From Balanoglossus misakiensis (lineage: Eukaryota > Animalia > Hemichordata), in contig CM082582.2 in assembly GCA_040954595.2 (NCBI GenBank), forward strand, positions 3,890,303-3,954,302: a stretch of DNA of 64,000 nt, given 5' to 3'. The position numbers and the translations under genes were made by a program. The first letter of the stretch is position 1. Every line of letters starts with the position of its first letter. Of the stretch, positions 1 through 14,858 are shown one piece after another. The notes beneath the pieces are model-generated. The model did not search any database. It saw nothing but the letters and a program-made list of their open reading frames with translations, and had not been told where the DNA came from.

Positions 1-2890
1 CCCTTCCCACGGACCAGTCACCCCACCAATGTCAGCCTCGTCCTATTCCTCTAGTTCGTCATCCAAAAGAGCCGGCCGTACCCGCTTCACTGATTACCAA
101 ATCAAGGTGCTACAGGAGTTCTTTGAGAATAATGCCTACCCGAAAGATGATGATCTCGAGCATCTATCCAAGCTATTGGGACTGAGCCCCCGAGTCATCG
201 TCGTCTGGTTCCAGAATGCCAGACAGAAAGCGCGAAAGATGTTCGAGAACCAACCTCCGGTGGAAACTGAAGCAGACAGCGGTGGCACGCGTTATCGTCG
301 CACGCCGGGGTTAAACTACCAGTGCAACAAGTGTCTCCTGGTCTTTCAGAGATTCTTTGAGCTGATCAAACATCAGAAGCAGCACTGCTACAAGGAAGAT
401 GACAGCTCCAACAACAGCTACGCCGGTTCCTCTACACCGACATCACCAAACACCCCCACCAGTCTGCAGCCGGAGACACCAATCAACATCAAGTCTGAAG
501 ACAAGAAATCCGAACCAACGAAATCGGAGTTGCTGTCAACCCCGCAGGTGCACTATCAGTGCGACAAGTGCGATCTGGTCTTTCCGCAGTTCGAGCAGTG
601 GAACGAACATCAACAGGTTCACTTCATGCAGTCCTTCCGCTCCTACATGCCTCAACACAATCCGTTCAACATGATGTACATGCCGTTTGATACCACAGTC
701 AACGGCCTCACAGCTGAACAGTATTTTGGAGCCTTTCCGCAGCCCAAAGGTGGTGACCACTCGGCGAATAAGAGAAAGCTGTCCGAGACGGATGAAACCG
801 CTTCGGAGACTCACTCAAACGCAGATCCAGACCAGCCCAGAGATAAGCGTCTGCGCACCACCATTTCACCGCAGCAACTCGAAATCCTGTACCAGAAATA
901 CCAGGAAGATAGCAATCCTACCCGGCGTATGCTCGATATGATAGCCAGGCAAGTTGGTTTGAAGAAACGTGTCGTCCAGGTGTGGTTCCAGAACACAAGA
1001 GCAAGAGAGAGAAAAGGCCAGTTCAGATTATCAGCACCGAATCACATGCACAAGAGATGTCCATTCTGCCGTGCCATATTCAAAGCAAAGAATGCTTTGG
1101 AAGCCCATATCAAAGCCCGCCACTGGGACCAGCTCATCAATGGTAGTTCGCTCGACACACTACTTAAACAGAGTGACGCCTTCAGTTTTGCAGAGTTTGG
1201 TGAAGGAACAAGTGCATCTGGGTCTCCCAAAATGTACGAAGAATTCATGAAAACAGGGTCAACACATGAGGATGGTGAGAAAGCTTTAAATTTATCCAGT
1301 CCCCCTGTGAAACTGAGCGAGAAGACATCATCACACCGACAGAGGTCTGAAGATTGTATTGTTATTTCCGATTCCCAAGATGACAGCAGCCTTGATATTG
1401 AAGATGGACAGAAAGATACCGGCAGCAACGGGGATGGTGCTCGTGACGATCTTGAATCCATCACGTCATCTGCAGCCGACACAGGGTGCAGCAATGCAGA
1501 CGAGAGAAATGTGGACTTGATGGAGGGTGAAAGTCTGAAGGATTTAGATTCTAACGAGGGCGATCAGGACACTGAGAGCATCGCGGTTTCTGACACGACG
1601 TCTTACACGGCAGGCGGCGAGGATTCCTACAGCGCGGCGACCGGAATGGACGATGCGGAGCAACGGAGACAAGCCCGAGAATGCGGCAAGCGTTTCCGCA
1701 CCCAGATGAGCCAAGTCCAGTTAAAAGTGCTCAAGTGTTGCTTCACTGACTACCGCACTCCGACCATGCATGAGTGCGAGCTGCTGGGCAACGAGATCGG
1801 TCTGCCCAAGAGAGTAGTGCAAGTGTGGTTCCAGAACGCCCGAGCCAAGGAGAAGAAGTGCAAGATGACGCTCAGCAAGCAGTTTGGGTTGATCGGCAAT
1901 CATTTCGACAGTGCCCACGACGCCTGCAAGCTGTGCGCTGTGCAGTATTCGGCCAAGATGTCCATTCGTGATCATGTCTTCACAGAGACGCACATTCACA
2001 ACGTGAAGAAATATGTCAGTGGCCAGCTGGAGAAGGATGCAACTGAGTCCACATCGTCTGTCAGTCAACTCCTTCAACATGCAGACCCCATCGATGCCCA
2101 GAGAGCCATGGCAGCCAGCTTCATGCCCAATCACCAGGCAGCGTTGCTCGGTCACGGCCACATGGCCGGCCTATCCACCGCCCAAATCCAGTCCATGCAG
2201 GCCCAGGCTATGTCCGCATTTCTGGGGCACACACCTCAAGCTGAAGCGGCAGACACTCGGAAGAAGGATGAAGCCAACATCAAGAAGGAGAAGAAAGAAG
2301 CGAGTGAGAGCAGCGCCAGCGGTAACCAGAGCAACGAGAACACTGCAGCAATGGCAGCAGCTGCAGCCGTATCCTCGCAGTCGAGCTTCCTGCAAGACAT
2401 GAGCAGTGCAGAGGCGGCGTATATGTCATACTTCTTCGGTGGAATGGCACCATACTACACCCAGACGCCGTTTGTATATCCCCTGTACTCTCCTGAGCAG
2501 GCAGCCACCTTCTTTCCGTACGATCCCTCAATCCAGATGGGACTGCAGGCACATCTACTGCAAGCCCAGCATATGAGTCCCCATCCAGCAGCCATGGCGG
2601 CCATCTCTGGCTTCGGCCATTCAGTTGCCGACACCCCCACCACCAGCAGCAGCAGAAGCAAAAAGGACTACAGGTCATCATCGGACACCAAACCCAAATC
2701 TTCAAGTACCTCATCTTCAAGCACGACTACTCAGGAAATTAGACACGGCAGAACTGAAGCGAAAAAGCCACGAAGTACCTCCACGGCGCAACCGGCAGAG
2801 GCTAGCACTTCTGATCATTCCATTGCTACTGACGGGGAGGCAGCTACAAGCAAACCCTCAACCAGTGCTGAGATGTCAATGTCATCATGA
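1..2890 (+). CDS. ZFHX3: Zinc finger homeobox protein ZFHX3/ZFHX4 (ATBF1/zfh2 family), 5'-truncated terminal coding exon
   Basis: Frame is open from position 2, so ATG 29 is internal; stop TGA 2888-2890. Three homeodomains match ZFHX HD2-4 ([27 protein letters not shown]; [36 protein letters not shown]; [27 protein letters not shown]). Interleaved C2H2 fingers (CNKC..HQKQH, CDKC..HQQVH, CPFC..HIKARH, CKLC..HVFTETH). Probably co-orthologous to vertebrate ZFHX2/3/4. Confidence 0.95.
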   Translation, partial: PSHGPVTPPMSASSYSSSSSSKRAGRTRFTDYQIKVLQEFFENNAYPKDDDLEHLSKLLGLSPRVIVVWFQNARQKARKMFENQPPVETEADSGGTRYRRTPGLNYQCNKCLLVFQRFFELIKHQKQHCYKEDDSSNNSYAGSSTPTSPNTPTSLQPETPINIKSEDKKSEPTKSELLSTPQVHYQCDKCDLVFPQFEQWNEHQQVHFMQSFRSYMPQHNPFNMMYMPFDTTVNGLTAEQYFGAFPQPKGGDHSANKRKLSETDETASETHSNADPDQPRDKRLRTTISPQQLEILYQKYQEDSNPTRRMLDMIARQVGLKKRVVQVWFQNTRARERKGQFRLSAPNHMHKRCPFCRAIFKAKNALEAHIKARHWDQLINGSSLDTLLKQSDAFSFAEFGEGTSASGSPKMYEEFMKTGSTHEDGEKALNLSSPPVKLSEKTSSHRQRSEDCIVISDSQDDSSLDIEDGQKDTGSNGDGARDDLESITSSAADTGCSNADERNVDLMEGESLKDLDSNEGDQDTESIAVSDTTSYTAGGEDSYSAATGMDDAEQRRQARECGKRFRTQMSQVQLKVLKCCFTDYRTPTMHECELLGNEIGLPKRVVQVWFQNARAKEKKCKMTLSKQFGLIGNHFDSAHDACKLCAVQYSAKMSIRDHVFTETHIHNVKKYVSGQLEKDATESTSSVSQLLQHADPIDAQRAMAASFMPNHQAALLGHGHMAGLSTAQIQSMQAQAMSAFLGHTPQAEAADTRKKDEANIKKEKKEASESSASGNQSNENTAAMAAAAAVSSQSSFLQDMSSAEAAYMSYFFGGMAPYYTQTPFVYPLYSPEQAATFFPYDPSIQMGLQAHLLQAQHMSPHPAAMAAISGFGHSVADTPTTSSSRSKKDYRSSSDTKPKSSSTSSSSTTTQEIRHGRTEAKKPRSTSTAQPAEASTSDHSIATDGEAATSKPSTSAEMSMSS

Positions 2891-5800
2891 CTCAGGTACC
2901 CACCCACCCATGCATTCATGTAACGGAATGGAATGACCTGGTGAAGACATTGTGCCGCCGACGACAGACATCTGAAAATTGCAACTACATTGTAGATGGA
3001 GAAGAAAAAAGTAAAGAACTAGCAGTCTCTACCATATCATTATAGGCATTCTTATAAGAAATGTGAAGAAGTTTATTTTTATGAAATGATAGTGCATAGC
3101 TAAATGAAGTATATTTGTAGTAAAGACTAATTTAAAAATTAATGGTAAACATAGTTGTAGTACCAATAGTATAAATTGTGCAAAAAAAATTATTGAAAAA
3201 AGAAAGACTGTCCAATTACTATGCTGATCACTGATCTAATCATGTGAAGCTAGTTTTTTTTAAAAACATCTTGACACCTGTGGTGTATGAAAGTAAACTT
3301 AAATGACAAAATTTCACACTTTGTAGCGACTTTAGACATGTGGTGTCTATAATATGTCAGTTTTTTTTGTATTTGTAACATAGGATAGTTTCCTGCATGT
3401 GTCGTATCTCCAAACTTTTTTCACTTTATTTGAATATTGAAATTTGTTGAGGTTGTCTTGGTATTTCTGTATTTGTGTCTTCACTTTACACACAACTTAA
3501 AATACCCATCATCATGGGTAGAAACCCTCTGAATTTAAAATTCACAAAAAAGGCTGACTGTTCATTTTGGCTGTATTTTTGTTGTCTTTGTTCGATCTGC
3601 GTAGTCACACTTCAACTAGGCAGTTGAAATCACAGCAACATTACGAAAATAGTGATGTTTTCAAAAGACAAGAAGGAACTGCATGCATTCCATGTATACA
3701 TATTCTCAGAATGGTGCATTTTAACTGTAATGTTAGCATCCTGCATTAAACTAGGCAAAGCAGGGTCGAAAATTTTGTTGTTTCGTTGACAGATGAGGAA
3801 AAAAGGCAAATGAAGACATTTTGCCTCAAAAATTTCTATATTTTCATGAGCATTGGGCATTCAGAATGCCTCTAAAAGTAGAAATTTTAATTCTAAGTTT
3901 GTCTGTGATTGTACATGATGTATTTTGGTCATGAAATTTAATGTACCATCAAAAAAAATTATAAAAAAAAGAAGTATGGTCAGTATGAGAAAGAAAGACA
4001 ATTGCTGAAATATATAATTTTACAACAAAATGTGCAAAGGCTAGAAAGTGTTGAGAGTTGATCTTTTCAGAAAGTTAATGTATATTCTAATCGTGCCTGT
4101 TGTAGTGTGTTGAAACACTCAAATAATTTAGACTTTCTCTTTTTAAACCTAGTTTTTGTCATATTTACCGTCATGTTGTTTTCTTTACTAATAAGTAATC
4201 CTTACAATCTTGTTTCAGTTTTACTGATCACTATAAAGTAACTCTTCTGAAGTTTATATAGAAATGAGACTGCTGAAAGCATATATTACAAGGGGGCTCT
4301 GTATGTTTTATTCTTTGATGTTAAAACAGAAAAGAAGGAATTTTTCTGGTAATTATGTTTGGTACATGTATTCAGAACAACAATACCAAACACCATTGAA
4401 AAGACACGCTGTAAAAATTTAGTTGCAAAAAAAAAATTCAATGTATATTTATATATGCCTGAGCAGTGTTGAGGCTAGACTATAACACCATTGTCTGCTC
4501 ACTGAGAGTGTGTGTATATACATACATATACATATATATAAATATATTTATATATATGTATGTATGTATATATTCTCTCCATTGGTACCAGTACATTATG
4601 GCCTTGTCGCAAATCAGATTTGAAATAAGGAACTTTGTATAATGTCGTCTTGTGTGGAATTCCCCCAACAAGTTATAAACCAAAACCAATGAAATTGAAT
4701 CAATTATCTAAGAATGATTTCTAGAAGAAAATATAAATGTAGTGTGAATAGACATTACAGATTTTATCATGATATTGTTGGGGGAAGATAATGTATGTTT
4801 TAAAAATTGTGAAAATTGAGTGGAATCATAGGGTCTGACCATAAACTATGAATTTTAAGATGAAATTGTCTTTTTCTGTGATGTTTGTAATTTAGTGTGT
4901 ACTTGAAAGATTTTCAAATTATGTCTGTATTCGTAGTATCTGCCTCACTTTTTAAGTAAATCTTCTGTATGCTGTATTTGAAGTAAGCAGCTAAATCTAT
5001 CTTGTTATCAGCAGTTACGCAAATTTTTTTTAAGTCTAAGGAATGATGTCACTTTCATTTTACTTGATTTAATCATGGGAAAAATCTATAAAAGAGAAGT
5101 GTATCAAAGTCATGTATTTTTAATATAGAAAAAAAACAAAGGTGCAAAATTAATGAAGGGATATATCGGAGAAAAATTGGAAGGAATGATCTGCAATGCA
5201 GCTTGGGTAACAGACTTTGTGAAAAGTCTCCTCCATTATGAATGGAAATTCACAAATTTGTAAGAAGAAAAAAAACTACCACCACACAGATTATTTTTCT
5301 GCCTGCCTGCAAGGGAGGCTGCCGTTACCATAGTAACGGGATACTGAGAAGAAAAGATGGCCTTTGAAACTGTAGTGATTTAGAAATTAGTAGGGGAGAA
5401 ACATTACCAATCAATAGGTAGAGAGGACCAGAGCATTCTAATTAATTACTATCCCCACTGGCACTTTTCTTAAAGTCTGCTCTCCTCTTCAGAACAGAGA
5501 AAGAAACAGACACGTGCTGTTCTAAGCAGTCGCTCTCATATCACTTATTTGACTCTAGGTACATTTCATAGTCTTATGTGAAAATATCTTGAAGATTGAA
5601 AGAAAATACAAAACCATGTATTTTCAAATTTATATTGATTTGATTTTGAATATGTAGTTTTGAAATAAGAATTATTGAGTACCCATATAGTTCTCCCCCC
5701 TTTTTTGAAAAAAAAGTGCCATATTTTTAGTGAAACTAGAGATAATATAATGATTAAGCTTGATATTCACGTAAGAAGATTTTAATGGGCTATATTTTAG

Positions 5801-6360
5801 AAATAAACTAGTAATAGCAGTTATTACTGCACTGTTTTAATGATAATATATAAAGCAGCTCAGCTATCGGAGTATAAAAATACTGAAATCACACTTGGTA
5901 TAATGCTGCGAATAGTTGACAAACCAATCAAATCAGTGATTTTTGGAAGAATAGAGACAACTTTTTTCTCTAGAACATCCTGTAATAATATTTTTAGAAG
6001 AAAAAAATATATCAGGAAAATTAAAAAGGTACCTTGATAGTGTGTGTTGGAACAAATAGCATTAAATGAATTATGATTGGTACAAAGTACTCGATCTAAT
6101 CCAAGAAACAATGCTGCTTTTCAGGTCATTCCTAACTGCATCGTATAATTCATTCAATGAGAGAAAAAAAGATAAACTCTTTATTTTTATGGCTTGTGTA
6201 GGAGAGCTGAAGCTTGTTAGAGAAAAAAGCGCTATATTTGTTGCTGAAAATTAATCTTATCCTTGTCAAGTTAGATTTTTGATTGGCTGCTTAGTTTTAT
6301 GGCTAAGAAGTTTATATTTAAGGTTCATGTGTAATAAAAACAATGATGTAATACCACAAC
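2891..6360 (+). other. Probable long 3' UTR of the ZFHX gene
   Basis: Very AT-rich and free of recognisable transposons. Candidate AATAAA at 6333-6338 followed by GT/T-rich sequence. Pumilio-type TGTATATA at 4513 and 4565. End position is inferred. Confidence 0.55.
5322..5339. promoter_or_regulatory. RFX X-box-like palindrome
   Basis: CCGTTACCATAGTAACGG contains GTTACCATAGTAAC, fitting the X-box consensus GTNRCC(N)RGYAAC. Confidence 0.4.
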
Positions 6361-9300
6361 TATTTATGATGTCAAGTCTTCATTCATTTGGGGGCAAGTC
6401 TTTGTCGGTTAGTATTTGACAAAGGTCAAAGGGTCAAACCTTCATTTCAAATGCTGAATTGGATGAGAGTAGTTCTGTGTTGTATGTGTGTGTATACATC
6501 TGCCCAGAAGAGAACATCAAATGCAGACTGCGCCCTGACTCTCATCCTTTGTATTCAATCAACTTTCACAAAGTAACTAATTCTGTTAGTTACATATGAA
6601 ATGCATGTGCACTGTCATAGCCCACCTAAGCTACGGTGGACTGCTTCGTCTATTCTAAAAATTATCTAATTTCAGGGATTTGTGGATGAATTGTAATGTT
6701 TATCAACAAACAAATAAGGTGCAACAACCCCTTCACTTTCAGGTTTTAACAGAGGAATTCTATCACACTTTTCAGCTTGTAGATAGAACACTTCATGACT
6801 CTTCGCCTGGCTTCTCTCTCTCTCTCCCTCCCTCCCTCCCTCTATCAACCAGTGAAAACACCATACTTTACCTACATATTATACTTATATATAAAATACA
6901 CAGCTATTTAGTATATTATGGCAATTATTATTGTATTGTGAGCCCAATAAAATATTCTGTCCATACATAAACGAAAATTGCACCAATTTTGGTATAACAC
7001 TGCCGCGCCATCTGATATTGGCTGCCACATGGTAGAAGTGGCGAATCACATTTGTGCATGTGTGGCTTGTGTGCGTGTCGCGGATTTGATGAATTTCTAC
7101 AACATGTTGCTATTGTATTAGACAAGGTGTCCTCTCTGCACGTAGGCGTTGTACCCTGTACGTATCAATTCCTGGAATAAACACAGACAAAGGACATTTC
7201 AGCTGTTTATTTTTGGATCCATCCTCACCCATTAAATGCTGTCTTTCGTCTGATAATATATGCAAGGTTGTAAAACACGATTCCCTTTGTGTTTATTTTT
7301 AAAACAGACTCGTATCTCTTTACTGATATTGGATTCTATAAATAATTATCCAGCTTTTTATCCTCTGCCAATCACGTATTCATTCTTTTTTCCACCACGG
7401 TCACTCATCCTGGTTTGGTTTTATTCACTGAAAACTTCGTCCAATTTTGGGTCAGAACCTGCTGGTAGTGCTTCACATAAATTTCCACCGAAGGAATGCA
7501 CGTTGAGAATAGTCTTTTCAAATAGTTATCCATTTCATCTCTGGTATCCTGTGATACTATATATTACACTAATTGTCCTCCACTGGTCATACATGTCTTG
7601 TCTCTCATCACAGTCCATACTACCACTTTTGGATATGCGAGTCTGTCCAACTGAAACAATGCAAACCAACAACAACCAGTTATCTGACTGTCTTATTTTT
7701 CATGATCACATATGTGCATACCAGTGATTCAAACTTAATAAAATTTTAATTTCCAATTAATGTTGCATTCTACTCAGTCCCTTAACGAACAGTGAGTCAC
7801 AAAATTTAACCGGGCACAAAAGCAGTTTCGTCACTCTGTCATGTCACACTTTATTTTTGAGTTCTACATTTAGAAAATGAGTTATGGTTCTAAAAAAAAA
7901 CCTATCGTTTCCTACCCGCACAACAAAAATAAAATTTTCTATTGCCGAATTATTCATATGTTTTGCAGTAACTAAAGTGACGGTCCTGTCAATAAAAGCG
8001 TCAACATGTCACGCGAAACAACTACATGTACATATTAATGATCGAATAAGTCAAATGATTTATTTATTTAACCCGCTTTGTCAGGCTGAACTAAATTCGG
8101 CTGAAAATTCTAGATTTGAACATGTTTTCCTTCAGAAACTTGCCAGAAGTCATTTCTTTTTGTTAAACTGTTCGTCTAAATTTGGCGAAAGCGAGAGCTC
8201 ACACTTTGAGAAAAAGGGCTCAGTGTCTCACGCAGACACTAATAATAGGAAACAGGATGAAAAACGTGCACGGTGGCCGACTGTCAAAACCCTTCTTTCA
8301 ACCAGTATGGGTGTTGTTGTTTTTGTGTTGTACAAATTAGCGTACTAGTTGGTCTATTTCTATCCCCCAAGAAACAAAACAAAACAAACGATTTTAACTT
8401 CACAGCATAAAAACACGTCAGATCCCTACGTCTGATTTTAATCAGATTACTTTATGGCCTGTTTTAGCTAGCGATGTCTTTTTGCATGTTTTCTGTCGGG
8501 ATAGGCCTATCACTTATTTGTATTTTGTATGATACCATTTATTGAAAAAAAAATTGTCAGCCAAGACCTGTTTACTCCTGGCTTGCCTGTTTATTCTTTG
8601 ATCCTTCGACATATTTTTAAATAGGCCCATTTAGTACTAGTCAAAATTTAGTGTTGAGAGACTAAAAAGCTTTAGAATTGAATCTTGCAAAATTCTCAAG
8701 ATATACTCAGAAACAAGTGGGTGTTTTTTCTCGTTGTGAAAATACATCCTCGAATATATAGTGTACGACTTTTGAGGTCCGATGGGTACACAATAACTCA
8801 AATACTGCTTCAGTAACTTTGCACAAAATTCTCCCCTTTACCACGTTTCCACCGTGTATCCGCCCAAATATCGCTCTATCACATGAAAAGATGAACATTT
8901 GCAAACTGGACATTTAACTTTCATTAGTCATGCTATTTTCCATAAATAATGCGCATGTATACATCAAGACGTCTTGGACGACGCATGCGTGTATGCCGCT
9001 TTACCCCAGGCAAGCAGGCCACCAAGCGTCGAATATTATTTTACCCCAAACCCGACAACTGCTCCCTGTGACATAATGTCAATTTGTGTTTTTGACGTCA
9101 CGAAATTTCAATTTCAATACGATTATCGCTAACATCTATAAACATCTCACCAAACTGGTATTTTTTCCTGGGGCTCTCGCTGAGCGCAGCGTGTACTGCC
9201 TCAGCGCAGACTTCATGTACTGTTCTGTGTCTAATGGCAGAACTAACGACAGCTGCAGTAACCGACGTTTTTTCGCCATCTAAGTATTCATAGATAATAG

Positions 9301-12300
9301 CTATAAAAAACGTTATGGAGTATCTGTGTACTGTTTAAATTTCTCATACTTGTAAAATTAGGAGAATGGTCCTGGATTAATCGTTAAATACAATTAATAA
9401 CTTCTGTCATGAGAAAGATATTAGTCGTGCGATCACTCGCAAATTCACTCGCTAACCTTCCCCAATGAAATTTTGTACCGAAAAATGACAGTATAGGAAA
9501 ATAAGTTCTCTATTACAATTACTCGAAGCGCCTGTGATTAAAATAGTAAAAACTGGCAAAACTGTTTCATTGTTTTCCATCACGATAATAATTAACTCTG
9601 CTTTGAGTAATAAGTTTATTTCCATAGCAAGTTCTGGATATAGAGCCCTGTTGCTTTACACGGTGCACCCGTTTTCTTGGTAGCAGATTCAGATTCATGT
9701 TTAACTATGGATGCGTACAACCTTCTGTACTGATGAGAGAAATATTCATAGTAGGACCCTTTTCTACAACTAATATTTATATTGAATTGAAATAAAGTAA
9801 ATTTGGCAACATCTGAATGCAGGGAAACGGCGGTCCCCGTGCTGCACAATTCCTGGATTTCTCATGCGAATCAATGGTATATGCCATGGTCGAACGCATA
9901 CTAGGACTTTCACAGAGATTATCGGTACAATCCCTGGAGAAGAACTTGTGTAAAGAAACTTTACGAAGACCAGTTCACACAGCGAATGCGACTTCAGTCG
10001 TTCAATGAATGATATTCTATTGTTTCAAATGTCTTTTCAAACTCTGCATGCTTCAATGAACACATATGGACCACTAATTTACATATTAGTTCTGACCACC
10101 TGCGCAAGTACGCATTTGTCGTTTGAAGGTACTCACATCATTGATATTGATCCTACTATCCTGCAAGCTCGTCTGAATTCAAGAGCTCTGCGTACATTTT
10201 ATTGCAATACATGGAAATGAAATGACACAAATTTGCATCTCCAATGTGAATAACTTGTAACCAACCCTTCACGAAAAGAATGTGCCATCCCGAGCACTGG
10301 CAACAGTTTTTGTTGTTGGAGTTATGAATTGATATTGAAGCGTCCATCGAATCTAGTCGTGATGGTACATTTAGTACCATCACGGTTCGCGTTACGGTAA
10401 CTTCTTTTTCTGAGGCTGTTTCGTTAAGAAAATGCCACTGATATGCCACAAAATCAATTGTAGATATAGCAATAATACCCGCCTGCGGCTGGGGTTATTG
10501 TTTAAATATTACTGGGGAACTGGTAGATGAAATCTGCGCCCCCCCCCCCCCCTTCTCTCTCTCTCATGCGCCCCGTGCGTGGACGGATTGATGGGACCAA
10601 AAACCCAACCGTCGGAAATTTTACATGCCACGACCATGCAACCATGATTTTGAACTTTTCGCGTTTTTTATATATCAAGCATCCACATTACCACGACCCC
10701 CCCCCCACACTCGCTCAGTGTTACAGTGCATTTGTTCGTTGTCCACGCAATACCAATAGACTGAACCCGTCAGCCTTGTCGATTGACGAAACGCTGGTAA
10801 CAAGGTGTTCACGATTTTAGGGGCTAACTTGAAAATGCTGAACATTTCAGACGGCCACGGTCCAAAATATAAAGTACATACATGGTAGTGTTTTTAAAAC
10901 TATTTTGTAAGGTAACAGCCAAACAATACTTCAAATTCGTAACCACAGTAATTGTCCACCGTGATATGGTGGCATCTAAAATCAAGATTTGCAACACTGA
11001 CTTCGCTGCGGGCTTGGCGCAATCTCAGCACTCGCCAAGCGTGGCATTAACATTTCATAAGCACTTTAACTTATGAAATTTGTCGCCGCTATCCAATATT
11101 GACAGTGTTACACAACTAATAGTTCTGAAACTATTCACCGCCACATCTTGGTTGCATCACCTAGGATACGCAGCCCTCTTTACATGCCAGAACAGGCGTA
11201 CGCGTTATTAATTCATTAGAATGTACAATTGTATCATCATATTTTGTGGGGGCATAAAACCAGATTTCTCGCCGAAAATCGTATTGAGCTGTATATTGAC
11301 AGACGTGTGAGTCATCTACCGTCTTTCTTTTATCAAAATTTCTATATTTCGATTTGCAACAGTTATTTTAGATAATTGTTCAACTTTTATTAATTTTTAA
11401 CGTCTATGACGAAAGTTATTGTGCATAAATGTGGTTCTTTGAATGAATAACCTCTACTTTTACAGGATTGAAACAGACAAAGTTATTGGACTTGAATCAA
11501 CTGCCATACACCATTTTAGACGACAATTAAAATTTGAAATTTTTGAAATGGTCTTGTCGTCTGCACTGAGAATTTCCTTTGGTCTATTCCATACTTGAAG
11601 TTATGTCATGACATGTAATGGTTTCCTTTTAGTTTTACATGCAATATCAGAACTCAATAGGAGGGGGAAAGCAATTCTCCTGATAATCTCATTGTCGAAA
11701 ACAACGACCTCTTTACGACAACAGTTTTTGCGTTGTCACCAGTGGAGCTGACAGAGGAAGATGACGTCACGCCAAGTTGGGGGTTAGGCCTACTGTACTG
11801 TTAGCCACACACTGCAGTTGACCTCTATATCTTAGACGTTGACTGACTAGTCAACAAGTATATCGAGACACAAAATACAGAAAAATACGTGTAATATGAT
11901 GTCTGTTTCTATGACAACAATACCACTTGTCGTGTGAACTTGGTTTATCCCCCTGTATCTAAAAAGGTCTCGGAAATGTGAGCCAACTCCACTACACCTC
12001 TCAAAATACTATAAATATTTAAGTTGCAAAAAATCGCAAAAAACACACCACGCAACTGCAGAATAGAAACCGATACAATAAATATACAAAAGATATCCAT
12101 AGATTTTCGACATACATTAAAAGTAGATTATCCATATCATTGTGTAGAGTTCCCCCGAAAACCTCTCGAACACTCCCGACATTGATATCGTTCAACGGTC
12201 CCAAATGTCTTTTGAATAATGACACCAGACACAGTATGATGCCACTACTGTCGCATCAAAAATTGTTATGAACATATCATGTATGCTGAACCATGAGATT

Positions 12301-14836
12301 TTACTTACACGTCTTTGCTCGCACAACCGCCTGACGCATTCCATTGGTGCGTTCGCACTAAACTTCGTTGTCATAAAAGAATAAAAACTCAAAATGCGAA
12401 TATCGAACCTGTTACGTCGAGGCTTTCTGGCAACATTTGAATTTGTTCTCGGTGGCGATTATTTTAATACATTTCACGACATAGAAGTTGCCTCATGAAA
12501 CCTGTCTGCGGAGAGTTGGGATGCAACATGAGAGAGATAGACGATTTCTTATATTCAAAGACGTCCGTTATCGATAGCACCGAAGCTAAAATCATAACCA
12601 AGATTAAACAGAAGTATGCTAATACTAGGCCAACACGACCGTTGTGCGTGATCAGAGACCGTCACATACAGAAACACAAGTATCTTGTCATGGACGCCCG
12701 GAGCAGACGATCAAGGCACAGTGCAGCGCTAGACCATATATTTCTTGCTGAAAATTATGTCACGTGATTGTCGCAATATCTGAAAGGAAGTGAGGCAGAG
12801 CTAGAATGCCTAATTTTCTCAATCAGATGGTCAGCGATGACGTAGGAGATCACCTTGTTGGATGTCACGATCAACAAATACGGCCACTTATTAATCGATC
12901 ACGAATGCGACTTTTGATACACATGTATGTATCTAGTATTGAAAATATTGGTGTGTCGGTCATATCTGCGCCTGTCATCTCGGTGTCTCGTTTATTTCTG
13001 GCAAGTCGCTCGTGTAATCTTGTGAAATTTCCAGACGATATTAACAGTGATCAAACGCAAAGCACCCTGAGTCAGATTCTTGTAGTTTTTACTACAAATC
13101 AACAAACGGCAGTCGAAGTTCGATGACAGAAGCGTAATTAGGTGTCAATCGCTATTGTCGTGGGTGTTCAAGAAAATACTGATTTTTTTTTATTACATCG
13201 GGGTTACCTATCTTTATGTATGTGTACTATGTATATGTCGACACCAAATTAACACTTAAAGATGAAAAAAACTCGTTTGATTCAGTGAATACTTAATGTT
13301 GTATCACATCTACGATTTAAAACAATGATCTTAGAATTATTTGTAATTTGAGAGGAGTCTATCACCGGTGCGATTGTGACGTCATTCATAAAATATATAA
13401 ACGTGATCAGATTTCTGTTGAGATAGTGGCGTGTCTTTAACAGTGATACATTATCAGAGTTGACTTTGCGGTGTGAAAAAAGGTCTTGTTTGTCCTTGAA
13501 TTTCCCGGGACGCGTCAAAATTTGCAATTTTGAACTTGGACATTTCCCCTCTTGTTTGTAAATGATCGAGTTTCGATTCCCTTCCTATGGTGATCGCCGT
13601 GTAAAAATAACTCCCAAGAGACTGCGTTTCCTACCTAGGCCTCCTCGTGAGGCGGAACAACCTTGTTAAACACATGTAATATTCCCTCGTTCATTTCGGG
13701 CTTCGCTAATTAAAAACTCTTAATATATCTCAAAAGACGGGTTTACACATTCTGTAATTTGTTGCAGCAAATTCTTCATTTAGGTAAAAGTGTGTTGCAG
13801 GTCTTAACTATCATTTCATTTGTTTTTCGTTGATCCAACGCATTTCTGTTATCGCGAATAACTCAAAAGTTGAATGACGAAACTTTTAATTTTCACTCTC
13901 AAACCCCTTTGAACGAAATTTCTCTTTTTCACCCTACTGTGGGATGCTTGTTGGTAAACATAACTCGATATCATATGAACCACACCATACACACGTATCT
14001 GGAATAACCCTCACACGCGGAAAACTCGCAAAACTAGCCCGGCAAACTGACAGGCAGGCGCAGGGTCTCCGACCCAGGGATGGATCTCTTCCCACGTACA
14101 TATACATGATATAGGTTATTTCCGCTTTATGCAAATTGTGTAAATATTCATTATTTCAGACCTGGTACAACAGAACACTACACTACACAACACAACACAA
14201 CACAATAATCTTTTTAAGAATTAAAACCATTTCATCCTGGATCGTGGAAGTGAATGTACTTGCACGGTCGCACATCTCAACGTAAACGCGGCGTCAACAT
14301 AATTTTCGGTACTCATGCACAATTAGTATGCTTTCCTCTATCTATTAACGGTTAACACGTGATTTTAATGATTATTTTCAATCTTTTCAGAATATCAAAA
14401 TATCTGGAAAGATAAAAAAAATACAACCAGACACAAGATATCGCGATTACCTGTTAAAGACGGCGCTGGACATGAAAATATAACCTGGGAAGAAATTAGT
14501 GTCTAAAACACTGATAGGTGGCGCTGAGCATATTTCATAAAGATTGTTCAGTTATTCGAAAAATAAAAAAAAGTTACTAATCGTTTGACCGGAAGGAGGA
14601 TTACACCACGAGGCTTCATGAACTCCAGATTTAGTCTCCACTTCGGTCAGAAATCAGAATAAATTTGATAATGTATTTCATTATCGCCACCGAACTTGAA
14701 TTTGTACCACAATGATTGGCGGGGAAAATGTGGTTCATTCGCTGGTAATGGGAACTAGCAGATATAATGGGTAGCATGAACTATCTTTGATCCTTTGTAT
14801 TTCTCGGCGTGTTCTCGGCTATCTCCGCAAGCCAAG

Positions 14837-14858
14837 TAGTCTCGGCTACCCAGACGCC
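14837..14858 (+). mobile_element. Solo terminus of the TAG-ended family seen at 27212
   Basis: TAGTCTCGGCTACCCAGACGCC matches the 27212 terminus TAGTCTCGGTTACCCAGACGCC at 21/22 nt. No partner end seen. Confidence 0.5.

Noticed and set aside
2888-2923. Stop-codon readthrough of ZFHX (TGA-C context)
   Set aside because: The context is TGA CTC rather than TGA CTAG, and the extension is only ~11 codons with no recognisable signal.
399-2936. Overlapping alternative-frame and antisense ORFs within ZFHX
   Set aside because: Shadow ORFs of a GC-richer coding exon, with no domain similarity.
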